DNA of 45,046 bases from a virus (IMGVR_UViG_3300020045_006900:1-45046); one strand, 5' to 3'. Counted from the stretch's first letter, positions 1-7,585 are shown. The notes: generated by a model not told the origin, from the sequence alone. Numbers and translations are program-made.

Positions 1-5
1 TGACT

Positions 6-251
6 GTGGTGGATTATGAAATGCCGTTGGCGTTCGTGTCGAACCCGATAGCCCGTTCTTACATCAGGGATCCGATATCGCAGCCGACAGACGCCCAGGC
101 AGCGGAATATCATCGGCGCGTGCGGGAATTGTCGGGGATGGCCGAGACGGAATCGGTGAAAGCTCCTGTGCTGACCCTGCCGCCTGAAGCGTGGCGCGTG
201 GAACAGCCGTCACGCAGCGGTCGAAGCCCGTTCGATAGTTTGGAGGTATAG
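6..251 (+). CDS. hypothetical protein (start uncertain, at window edge)
   Basis: 81-aa ORF; GGAGG at its 3' end serves the next gene. Confidence 0.5.
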   Translation: MVDYEMPLAFVSNPIARSYIRDPISQPTDAQAAEYHRRVRELSGMAETESVKAPVLTLPPEAWRVEQPSRSGRSPFDSLEV

Positions 252-253
252 CG

Positions 254-439
254 ATGGACATCGAAAAAGATATCTGGACCGTTCAGGAAACAGTTGTTGG
301 CACACGCACCGTCTATGTCAAAGCGACTAGCAAGAGCGAAGCGTTAAAAGCTGCACGCGACGGAATGGCTTTTGATTGGGGCGATATCGATTATGACCCG
401 TCGAGAACGACATATAAAACGCCATCTCGCGAACGGTAG
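254..439 (+). CDS. hypothetical protein
   Basis: ATG with GGAGG Shine-Dalgarno; 61 aa. Confidence 0.7.
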   Translation: MDIEKDIWTVQETVVGTRTVYVKATSKSEALKAARDGMAFDWGDIDYDPSRTTYKTPSRER

Positions 440-465
440 CATTTGCTGATTTAGCGTCATGTTTA

Positions 466-482
466 TAAGACGTTACGTCTTA
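466..482. repeat. perfect inverted repeat TAAGACGT-T-ACGTCTTA
   Basis: Seen directly in an AT-rich intergenic region; contains a CGTTAC half-site. Confidence 0.7.
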
Positions 483-512
483 AATTTATTAACTTTAGTA
501 TGATGCGGACCT

Positions 513-541
513 TTGACATATTGCAATGCGCCATGTAAAAC
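513..541 (+). promoter_or_regulatory. sigma70-like promoter
   Basis: TTGACA-17 bp-TAAAAC upstream of ORF 572. Confidence 0.6.
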
Positions 542-571
542 GTATTTGTCATTTGAAGGGAGACAACGTCG

Positions 572-916
572 ATGCAAATACATGCAATGCTCGAAACGCG
601 TAAAAAGGAGATAACGGCAGAGATTGAGAAGCTTCAGGCTGAATTGTCTGAAATCAATCGCATGATGGGGAACGCCAGCCGTAAAACATCATTGTCGTCG
701 TCCAGCGTTCCAACATTGCCTGTTCCTGCATCGAAAGACGACGCCATGTTACAGGCGATCAAAGCGGGTTTTACCACACCGAAGACGATCGGTGATTATA
801 TGCGTGAAAAACTCGGGATGACCGTCAACGACGCATCCACACGCACGCGCCTAAGCCGCATGAAAGGTGCGAATAAGATCGCCTTGGACGGCAACGGCTG
901 GAAGCTGATCGATTAA
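572..916 (+). CDS. coiled-coil + winged-helix-like DNA-binding protein (moron-like)
   Basis: N-terminal heptad helix, Ser/Pro linker, C-terminal wHTH-like segment (TRTRLSRMK...GNGWKL); GGGGAG SD; own promoter and terminator. Confidence 0.65.
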   Translation: MQIHAMLETRKKEITAEIEKLQAELSEINRMMGNASRKTSLSSSSVPTLPVPASKDDAMLQAIKAGFTTPKTIGDYMREKLGMTVNDASTRTRLSRMKGANKIALDGNGWKLID

Positions 917-945
917 CCACGCGACCCAGGCGGACCACATAATTT

Positions 946-976
946 AAGAGCGTTCCTAACCGGGGCGCTCTTTTTT
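946..976 (+). terminator. rho-independent terminator
   Basis: AAGAGCGTTCC-loop-GGGGCGCTC followed by TTTTTT. Confidence 0.85.
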
Positions 977-997
977 ATTGCGCATCAGTAAAACACA

Positions 998-1018
998 TTT
1001 GACATACGTAACGTTACA
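998..1018 (+). promoter_or_regulatory. early promoter with GTAACGTTAC operator (copy 1 of a 21-bp repeat)
   Basis: TTTGACATACGTAACGTTACA: -35 TTGACA with the palindrome in the spacer. Confidence 0.75.
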
Positions 1019-1058
1019 GTCCATAAAGATGACACGAACGTAACGGAGATTATGTCCG

Positions 1059-1139
1059 ATGCCCCTCACGAGAATGTGCCTAATATGCGCCGCGTGTTTA
1101 ACACTTGAAGTGTCTTTTTTCGCGTGGTGGCTGTCATGA
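1059..1139 (+). CDS. 26-aa hydrophobic micro-protein (not in ORF track)
   Basis: MPLTRMCLICAACLTLEVSFFAWWLS; GGAG upstream; stop overlaps the next ATG (ATGA). Confidence 0.45.
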   Translation: MPLTRMCLICAACLTLEVSFFAWWLS

Positions 1140-1603
1140 GCGCGATATTATCCGCCTGTGGTCTGTACCGCTATCGGCTTGAACGCACATGGGACGATGA
1201 AGCTTCAAAAGTTGCATTCATCATGCTCAATCCGTCTACGGCAGACGCCGAAACAGATGACCCGACCATACGACGTTGCATCGGGTTTGCGAAGTCTTGG
1301 GGCTTTGGTGGTCTGATCGTCGGCAATCTCTTCGCGTTGCGGTCCACCGATCCAATGTTCCTTTACAGCCACAGCGATCCTGTAGGACCGGACAACGACG
1401 CTCATTTGCGGTCAATCGCGATCTGTGCGGAACAGGTGGTCTTTGCCTGGGGAAATCATGGTCTGTTTCAGGAGCGCGGACGCGTCGTTGCCGAAATGCT
1501 GGATGACCGAAACATTTCGGCGCTCAACATCACCGGTAAAGGTCAGCCCGGTCATCCGCTTTACGTAGCGGCTGCGACCCAGCCAAAGGCGTATTTCGCA
1601 TGA
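1136..1603 (+). CDS. DUF1643 family protein
   Basis: YRYRLER.W, FIMLNPSTAD..DDPTIRRC, GNLFALRSTDP, AWG and HPLY motifs. Confidence 0.9.
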   Translation: MSAILSACGLYRYRLERTWDDEASKVAFIMLNPSTADAETDDPTIRRCIGFAKSWGFGGLIVGNLFALRSTDPMFLYSHSDPVGPDNDAHLRSIAICAEQVVFAWGNHGLFQERGRVVAEMLDDRNISALNITGKGQPGHPLYVAAATQPKAYFA

Positions 1604-1899
1604 GGGACTTGCTCACGATCCACAAGCAGCCGTTGCCGGTGTTCGATGCACAGTCGGACATCTTGACCATACAAGTCCCTCAAGGCGCTAAAATCCTCAA
1701 GATCGCCCGTCAGTTCCCGGAGTTTTCGGAACCGTGCGTCTGGTACGCCTGCAATCCGGCGATGTCAACGGAAACCATCATGATCCTCGTGGTCGGCACG
1801 GGACATGCGTTCCCCGAATGTGTGCTGGATGATTATCTAGGCACAGAGCTTTTCCACGGCGGATCGCTGGTCCTCCATTTCTTCCTGATGCGAGGCTGA
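1600..1899 (+). CDS. conserved phage hypothetical protein
   Basis: ATGA coupling; VVGTGH...YLGT...LVLHFF pattern common in phage proteins. Confidence 0.75.
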   Translation: MRDLLTIHKQPLPVFDAQSDILTIQVPQGAKILKIARQFPEFSEPCVWYACNPAMSTETIMILVVGTGHAFPECVLDDYLGTELFHGGSLVLHFFLMRG

Positions 1900-1900
1900 C

Positions 1901-2077
1901 ATGACCGAAACGGAGCGCGTGCACCATAACGCCCGCCTTATCCTGCCCCAGGTGCGAAACCTGTCCAAACCTGAACGCATCCGGTTCTACGACACGCTTC
2001 GCTTAGGTCCGATCTTTTGGCCGATTGCTGCCATTGCTCAATTTTCGAGGAACGCTCATGACCAACACCAACATTAA
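1901..2077 (+). CDS. 58-aa hypothetical protein (not in ORF track)
   Basis: MTETERVHHNARLILPQ...; GAGG SD; fills the gap before the ParB-like gene. Confidence 0.55.
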   Translation: MTETERVHHNARLILPQVRNLSKPERIRFYDTLRLGPIFWPIAAIAQFSRNAHDQHQH

Positions 2078-2852
2078 AACCGTGGCAACCGGGCGTTCCG
2101 ACCTGTACCGCATGCCGCCCGATCAGATCCTTATCAAAACCGAGTGGAACAGCCGTAACGACGCTGACCCCGAGAATGAAGCGCACATCGAAGCCCTCGC
2201 AACGTCCATAATGGAAGTCGGCGTCAAGCAGCCGCTGACGATCTATCAGGACGACGGCAAGTTTTACGTCTCGGATGGTCATTGCCGGTTGAAAGCGGTC
2301 ATGCGGGCCATCAGCCGTGGCGCTGAAATCGTCGCGGTCCCGGTGATGATGGAAGATCGCTATTCGAGCGAAGCGGACCGGGTGTTTTCGCAGATCGTCC
2401 GTAACGGTGGAAAGCCGCTCGCACCGATCGAACAAGGCCGCGTGTTCAAGCGTATGCTCGCGTTCGGCTGGACTGTGGCTGATATCGCCAAACGATCCGG
2501 CATCAATCCTCAGTGGGTCAAAGAGCTTTTAGAGCTTCAGGCATCAACCGCTGAAATACAAGACATGATCAACACCGGTCGGATTTCATCCACACTGGCA
2601 ATTCAGACGTTGAAATCCGAGGGGGTCGGCGCAACCGAGGCCCTTACAAAAGCGGTCAGGACGGCTGAAGCTGAGGGCCGCACCCGCGCCACCAAGAAAC
2701 ACATCGATCGCCCTGCCCCGTCGAAAACCGAACGGTTGAAAACGCTGCTTGGCACGGATGTAACGTGGTCTGGCGGTGACGGTTCAAACTCGTACACGGC
2801 GACATTTACGGCTGATCAGTATGCCGAATTCCGTTCATTGATTGGATTTTGA
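2058..2852 (+). CDS. ParB/Srx-like N-terminal domain protein with HTH
   Basis: LATSIMEVGVKQPL, VSDGHCRLKA (DGHxR), HTH GWTVADIAKRSG; GAGG SD before ATG 2058. Confidence 0.85.
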   Translation: MTNTNIKTVATGRSDLYRMPPDQILIKTEWNSRNDADPENEAHIEALATSIMEVGVKQPLTIYQDDGKFYVSDGHCRLKAVMRAISRGAEIVAVPVMMEDRYSSEADRVFSQIVRNGGKPLAPIEQGRVFKRMLAFGWTVADIAKRSGINPQWVKELLELQASTAEIQDMINTGRISSTLAIQTLKSEGVGATEALTKAVRTAEAEGRTRATKKHIDRPAPSKTERLKTLLGTDVTWSGGDGSNSYTATFTADQYAEFRSLIGF

Positions 2853-2853
2853 T

Positions 2854-3186
2854 ATGAATAAATGGGATGAAAATATACCGCGCCCGTTGATCGGTGAAAC
2901 GGTGCCGATAGATGAATCGGGTAGTTCGAGTGGGTTCGAGGTAACTCCGACACGTTCTCCCGAGACACGTTCGATGGGTGACGTCTATCTGATCAGCGCA
3001 CTTGTCGAGCTGCCTGGCAAGATAGGACATCGAGCAATGGCCCGCGCCTTTAACTCAAAAGAGGAGGCGATCGGCACCGCGCTCGAGATTTGGCAGGTCG
3101 ATGGCTGGTCGGTTTCGAGCTACGATTGCAAGCACTGCTTTTCGCTCCGCGCTCTCGCTCAGGCTTCGGAGGGCGGACAGTCATGA
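2854..3186 (+). CDS. hypothetical protein
   Basis: In operon; ATGA overlap with the next gene. Confidence 0.6.
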   Translation: MNKWDENIPRPLIGETVPIDESGSSSGFEVTPTRSPETRSMGDVYLISALVELPGKIGHRAMARAFNSKEEAIGTALEIWQVDGWSVSSYDCKHCFSLRALAQASEGGQS

Positions 3187-3488
3187 AGATCCATTATGGC
3201 ACGACGACCTATCCGTGGCGGCTGATGATCCGGCTCCCGTCCGTCTACTCATCAGGCTTCGAATACGCAACCGCCCAGGTCGGCCCCATCTCAAAAGTCT
3301 ACGGCATCAGCTTCGGCCATGACAGATTCATCGGGTTTGTTATCGCCGGACCTGTCGCGATCGAGGAGAGCCGCAAACCCACTTTCAAGCCAGGACCAGA
3401 CACCTGCCACGGCTGGGACGACCCGGAAGAACGATGCCCGCGTGATCCGAAGGATTGCGTTTGCTGGCAAGGGAGGAACGCCGAATGA
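3183..3488 (+). CDS. hypothetical protein with Cys-rich C-terminus
   Basis: GGAGG SD; ATGA overlaps at both ends. Confidence 0.65.
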   Translation: MKIHYGTTTYPWRLMIRLPSVYSSGFEYATAQVGPISKVYGISFGHDRFIGFVIAGPVAIEESRKPTFKPGPDTCHGWDDPEERCPRDPKDCVCWQGRNAE

Positions 3489-3730
3489 CCGACACCAAAA
3501 ACCAATCCCCCTCACCGAGGGATGAAGCATGGCAACCGATGTCCACAGCGCCAAAGGATGGGACAATCATAAACGTGGTTGGTCGATATCTGGACGCAAC
3601 AACCGGATTCCCAAGGTACGCAGGTTACCGAGACGGTCAGTGGCTGGAGTTTTCGCGATTCGAGCCTCAGCCGTTAATATGTTGGGCTTGGAAGCTGCGT
3701 ACCGAATGGCCTTCGGAGGACTGGATGTGA
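3485..3730 (+). CDS. DUF551-like protein
   Basis: WQPMSTAPKDGT motif; GGAGG SD. Confidence 0.75.
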   Translation: MTDTKNQSPSPRDEAWQPMSTAPKDGTIINVVGRYLDATTGFPRYAGYRDGQWLEFSRFEPQPLICWAWKLRTEWPSEDWM

Positions 3731-3918
3731 GAGCCTATTTCAAATCTCGCAAGTTCCGCCTCATGCTCGCCTGGGCGATGTTCTGGGCTTCGCTTATCGG
3801 ATGGCCGTTGTCGATCATCTTCACAGACGAGCCGCCATTTATCCTATCCCTGTCGTGGTTCGCCATCACATCGACAGCCTGGGATATCATCTGCACGACC
3901 GAATTGAAGGATGAATAG
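3727..3918 (+). CDS. small two-TM membrane protein
   Basis: GTG start after GGAGG; two hydrophobic segments. Confidence 0.65.
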   Translation: MRAYFKSRKFRLMLAWAMFWASLIGWPLSIIFTDEPPFILSLSWFAITSTAWDIICTTELKDE

Positions 3919-4024
3919 CGTCAAAATCTTCCTTCTGGTCCTGCCGCTGTGTGGTTGCTGTACGTCCACACTCGAACGCGGTTGCGATCCTATGCCGAAA
4001 TGGACCGGTTACGTCCTAAAATAA
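3911..4024 (+). CDS. 37-aa putative lipoprotein (not in ORF track)
   Basis: MNSVKIFLLVLPLCGC-CTSTLERGCDPMPKWTGYVLK; signal peptide with LCGC lipobox-like motif. Confidence 0.5.
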   Translation: MNSVKIFLLVLPLCGCCTSTLERGCDPMPKWTGYVLK

Positions 4025-4057
4025 TCCTGCTTTTGTATCGAGTACCAGGAGATAGAC

Positions 4058-4939
4058 ATGGGTATGTTGTTCAACCCTGTAACGTTGACGCCTGTCGTCA
4101 ACTCGGGTTTTCCAGTCAACTGCACGTTCCGTGAAGCTGCAGAAAGCTATATCAAACACGGTGGTCGCGGCCAATACTTAGGCAAGATCATCGATCGTAT
4201 CGGCATATTCCCATTGACCGCGATTTATCCGTTCGATGTGGAAGAATTAGCCAAAGACCTTTATCCGCTTCAAAAGAATTCCACACGCAACCGATGCGCC
4301 ATAACGCCTATTCGGGTCGTGTTTCACCATGCATACAAGCGCGGATGGGGTCCGCTGATTAAGATCAGCAATTTCAAACAAGAGCCGCCACCGGTCCGTG
4401 TTGCAGCGAACGAACTGTGGATTGACCTGTTTATCCGGCAATGCGACCGTGATGGCCTTCCCCATCTTGCGGCAATTGTTCTCTTCATGTGTCAAACCGG
4501 CGCGCGTGTCTCGGAAGCCGTTCGGCTTCGCTGGCCCGAGTTAAACCTTATGGAGCGTACCGCCCTACTGTTGCGGACCAAGACCAAAACCAATTCGCGC
4601 CGATTCCTCACGAGTCGTATGGTCCGTCGCTTCCACGAACTGGAAAAGACCGCCTGCCCTGACGATCCGGTTTTCCGTTACACCTGCCGTCACTCGGTCA
4701 ACGAACGTATCAAAGCGGTTTGTGAACGTGCCGAGATCGAATATAAATCGTCTCACGTCTGTGGACGGCACGCATACGCAAACATAGCGATGGCACTTGG
4801 TCTGGACATCAAATCGGTGATGGAACAAGGCGGATGGGAGAGCATCGACGTGTTCATGGGAACCTATGTCCGATCACGTAACAATGGTCGATCGGTCGCG
4901 GAACGTTTTGACAGCCATCGCACGGATAACGACTTTTAA
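4058..4939 (+). CDS. tyrosine recombinase lacking an arm-binding domain
   Basis: TGARVSE (R), RTKT (K), SHVCGRH (H..R), GGW, GTY (Y); AGGAG SD; 293 aa. Confidence 0.9.
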   Translation: MGMLFNPVTLTPVVNSGFPVNCTFREAAESYIKHGGRGQYLGKIIDRIGIFPLTAIYPFDVEELAKDLYPLQKNSTRNRCAITPIRVVFHHAYKRGWGPLIKISNFKQEPPPVRVAANELWIDLFIRQCDRDGLPHLAAIVLFMCQTGARVSEAVRLRWPELNLMERTALLLRTKTKTNSRRFLTSRMVRRFHELEKTACPDDPVFRYTCRHSVNERIKAVCERAEIEYKSSHVCGRHAYANIAMALGLDIKSVMEQGGWESIDVFMGTYVRSRNNGRSVAERFDSHRTDNDF

Positions 4940-4950
4940 CGTAACATATG

Positions 4951-4971
4951 TTTGACATCCGTAACGTTACA
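4951..4971 (+). promoter_or_regulatory. promoter with GTAACGTTAC operator (copy 2 of the 21-bp repeat)
   Basis: TTTGACATCCGTAACGTTACA, 20/21 identical to 998-1018. Confidence 0.75.
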
Positions 4972-5017
4972 TGAGATACATAATGCAACACCTGTAACGA
5001 TTTGACGAGGTTGCATT

Positions 5018-5128
5018 ATGCGCGAACTGACAATCTTCCTTTCCGCATGTTTCATCGGTTCGCTTTGCCTCATGATCTGGCGGCTTTCCGAATATGCGGA
5101 CTACGCGGCGGCAGCGGCCCGCGTATGA
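5018..5128 (+). CDS. 36-aa single-TM micro-protein (not in ORF track)
   Basis: MRELTIFLSACFIGSLCLMIWRLSEYADYAAAAARV; GAGG SD; ATGA overlap. Confidence 0.6.
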   Translation: MRELTIFLSACFIGSLCLMIWRLSEYADYAAAAARV

Positions 5129-5322
5129 GGTATCAGGAAGTCGCCACGCGTGCCACTGACGCCGGATTATCGCCCGCCACGGTCGATGACACGTGCCGTT
5201 ATTGGCAGGTGTTGGGCGTCACCCGGCAAACCCGCTGGATCTGGAAAAACTACCCCGACCGCGTTCCACTGACTGCCCGCCTCGCAACGGCATGGCACAT
5301 CCAAAATCCCGGTGCGAAATGA
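5125..5322 (+). CDS. hypothetical protein
   Basis: MRYQEVATRA...; coupled by ATGA at both ends. Confidence 0.6.
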   Translation: MRYQEVATRATDAGLSPATVDDTCRYWQVLGVTRQTRWIWKNYPDRVPLTARLATAWHIQNPGAK

Positions 5323-5474
5323 CGATACCGATCAAAGCCTGTGTGGAATGCTTTGCCATTCTTCCCGCTGCTTCTCACCAATGCCGCGAGTGCGGAGCGA
5401 TGCAACCGTGTTGGTATCGTCGCCAAGAAAGGCTCGGATATGATGCCAAGGCTGTGCAGAAGGTGGCAGAATGA
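5319..5474 (+). CDS. stand-alone zinc-ribbon protein
   Basis: IPIKACVEC-x10-CRECG, two CxxC pairs. Confidence 0.65.
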   Translation: MTIPIKACVECFAILPAASHQCRECGAMQPCWYRRQERLGYDAKAVQKVAE

Positions 5475-5653
5475 CAGCCACAGTTCCACAGATCAAAAAG
5501 GCCATGGCTGACCTAGCGGACATCATCGAAACGTCACCGCGCGGTGATAAGTATTGGCCGATCTTTGAACGCCTGGAACGTGAGTTGGCGTCGATGGATA
5601 CTCGGTCGGCACGATTGGCGGCGGCTCGGGCGGCTGTTGAGGTTCGCGCATAA
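5471..5653 (+). CDS. small helical protein convergent with the integrase (possible recombination directionality factor)
   Basis: 60 aa, stop abuts the integrase stop; function is inferred from position only. Confidence 0.6.
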   Translation: MTATVPQIKKAMADLADIIETSPRGDKYWPIFERLERELASMDTRSARLAAARAAVEVRA

Positions 5654-5654
5654 G

Positions 5655-7022
5655 TCAGTTGCGTTTGATGATGCTACGTTCCTGTTTTAAGATCGCTTCA
5701 TCGAACGGTATCGCTATCGCTTCCATCCGTTGCGCACGCCACTCTAGCGATCCACCGTCGCCGTATTCGGGACGGTCCGTGTCATGTCCCAGGATGCGCC
5801 GCCGAAACTCATCATCGTAACCGGCTTCAAGCATCCGCTTTTCGTATGAGTGTCGCAAAGAATAAACGCGATGGTTCTTGGTCGGCATCAGCTTGTTCCG
5901 CTTCAACCAACTCATCAGCGCACCAGATAGGTTCGTTTCCTTGTCGTAGTATCTCGGGAAACCCTTAGGCGCTAAGCGCATCGCCTCCAGCGCCACGCCG
6001 ACCAGCGGTACGTCACGGATACTGTTCTCCGTTTTAAGTCCACGGTCATCTGTGAATGCGACCGAGATGTAAGGAATTTTCGCCTTCAGGTGGATGTTCT
6101 CTGGTCGCAGATTGCAGATTTCGGACGGCCTGCAACCTGTTTCGATCAACGTCAGGAAGATCAACCGAGATTCGAAACTAAGATTCATCACCGCGTCACC
6201 GCGCAAGAACACATTCTTGATATGGTCCGTTTCGAACACCGGGATTTTCTTCCGCAGCGTTTTCTTGTCAGCAAATGTGATCTCGTCAAACGGGTTCTTA
6301 AGGTCTAGCTGCAGGTGTTTCGTATATTCTCGGAACAGCTTTCGCATGTTCCCCAAGCGACGGTTTGCCGTGTTCCCTGAAAGCTTTTCGGTCTGCATGC
6401 GTTCTTGAAAATGCTTTTTGAACTTGTTCGCATCGGCTCGGGTGATATCGAGCAAGAGCTTATCTCCGATGACCTCGCAGAACATTTCCGATGAAATGAG
6501 CTTCACCTTTTTAAAGTTATCAACTTGTGTCGGACTCATCCCCTTGTATTCGTCAACGGCAATTTCTTCCGTGTAGAGCTTCATCGCCTCGCGAACGGTC
6601 AGCTTCGGTGGATCCTCCCCGCCTAGGACCGCCGCTTCAATCAAGGGCGATTTTCGCGCCACTTCCACACGCTGGATGATTTCTTCGACAGACGAGGTTT
6701 CCGCGATATCGACGGCGGCTTTATATTCGAACCCCATCGCGACGGCCCGCGCCTTAGCCGCACTGTACCGTGCCTGGGCGGATTGTATCGGAACGTCTAG
6801 CGCCAGACCTTGCCAATAAAGATCGTCCGCGCGCTCCAGCGCGTCCCGTCGAAGCTTCGCCACATCGACCGACGATGTCTTGAGAGAAACTTGGATAACG
6901 CCGCGATTATCGATCGTTTGGAAGTGATTCGGGACACGGCGAACATAATGCCACTTCGACCCGCGCGCCTTCAGATAGCGGAGCGGATCAATCTTCGGTT
7001 CGATGATCTTGCGAGGGGGCAA
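5655..7022 (-). CDS. int: phage integrase (DUF6538-type N-terminus + tyrosine recombinase)
   Basis: YLKARGSKWHYVRRVP N-domain; TGCRPSE, LKT, YSLRH, LGH, EYG catalytic motifs; probable TTG start at 7022 behind AGGTG. Confidence 0.92.
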   Translation of the reverse strand: MPPRKIIEPKIDPLRYLKARGSKWHYVRRVPNHFQTIDNRGVIQVSLKTSSVDVAKLRRDALERADDLYWQGLALDVPIQSAQARYSAAKARAVAMGFEYKAAVDIAETSSVEEIIQRVEVARKSPLIEAAVLGGEDPPKLTVREAMKLYTEEIAVDEYKGMSPTQVDNFKKVKLISSEMFCEVIGDKLLLDITRADANKFKKHFQERMQTEKLSGNTANRRLGNMRKLFREYTKHLQLDLKNPFDEITFADKKTLRKKIPVFETDHIKNVFLRGDAVMNLSFESRLIFLTLIETGCRPSEICNLRPENIHLKAKIPYISVAFTDDRGLKTENSIRDVPLVGVALEAMRLAPKGFPRYYDKETNLSGALMSWLKRNKLMPTKNHRVYSLRHSYEKRMLEAGYDDEFRRRILGHDTDRPEYGDGGSLEWRAQRMEAIAIPFDEAILKQERSIIKRN

Positions 7023-7051
7023 ACGACACCTGACACAGTAATGTGATGCGG

Positions 7052-7230
7052 TTTGTAGTGCAAAAATGTGCCACTCGTCAAGATGGGCTATGCCACAAAA
7101 GCGAAAAGCCAAGTGAAATCAATCACTTGGCTTTTAATCGGCTGGTGCGGTCGAGAAGATTAGATAACAAACCGCATGTCAATAATTTCATATACTTAGA
7201 AAGGTGAATCGGTTATTTTGTAGTGCAAAA
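7052..7230. mobile_element. attP site: tRNA 3'-end core, arm-type repeats, IHF site
   Basis: Core 7143-7159 is the reverse complement of TCTTCTCGACCGCACCA; TTTGTAGTGCAAAA direct repeats at 7052-7065 and 7217-7230; IHF consensus AATCAAtcacTTG at 7117-7129. Confidence 0.85.
7104..7135 (-). terminator. 13-bp stem hairpin / bidirectional terminator after the tRNA 3' fragment
   Basis: AAAAGCCAAGTGA-AATCAA-TCACTTGGCTTTT perfect inverted repeat. Confidence 0.8.
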
Positions 7231-7249
7231 TGTAGTGAGGTTTTCGCTC

Positions 7250-7585
7250 ATGCTTGACACTATCAAACGCGATGCCCGACCACCTTCCGTCAACACCTAC
7301 GGCCTGACCCGTGAAGAGTTGATCCACCATCTACGGGTCGCACCTGAAACTGTGGATGGATGGCTTGCCGGAACCCGCCGCCGACCGCAATATTTCGACA
7401 TGGCGTTGCGAGCTGCACGGGCTGGACTTCACCCGATCGCGAAACCACTGGTCAAGACGTACGGAAAACAGCTTGGTGTCGAGCCGTCGCAAATCAATTA
7501 TTGGATGAACACGGGACAGGTTCCCGTACCGGCTCGAATGGCCGTCGCCTGGATAATCCACGCCCGTGTTACGGGTCGTAGTTAA
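7250..7585 (+). CDS. tandem HTH (XRE/Cro-like) protein
   Basis: Two HTH-like units: GLTREELIHHLRVAPETVDGW and KQLGVEPSQINYW. Confidence 0.7.
   Translation: MLDTIKRDARPPSVNTYGLTREELIHHLRVAPETVDGWLAGTRRRPQYFDMALRAARAGLHPIAKPLVKTYGKQLGVEPSQINYWMNTGQVPVPARMAVAWIIHARVTGRS

Noticed and set aside
2058-2852. Full plasmid partition system (phage-plasmid)
   Set aside because: No ParA/RepA ATPase or plasmid initiator seen; a solo ParB-like gene is common in phages.
7023-7112. N-terminal extension of the integrase in the ORF track
   Set aside because: It runs through the attP arm site and terminator; TTG at 7022 has an SD and fits the domain start.
7143-7159. Intact tRNA gene
   Set aside because: Only the 3' 17 nt are present and no cloverleaf is seen upstream; treated as the att core.
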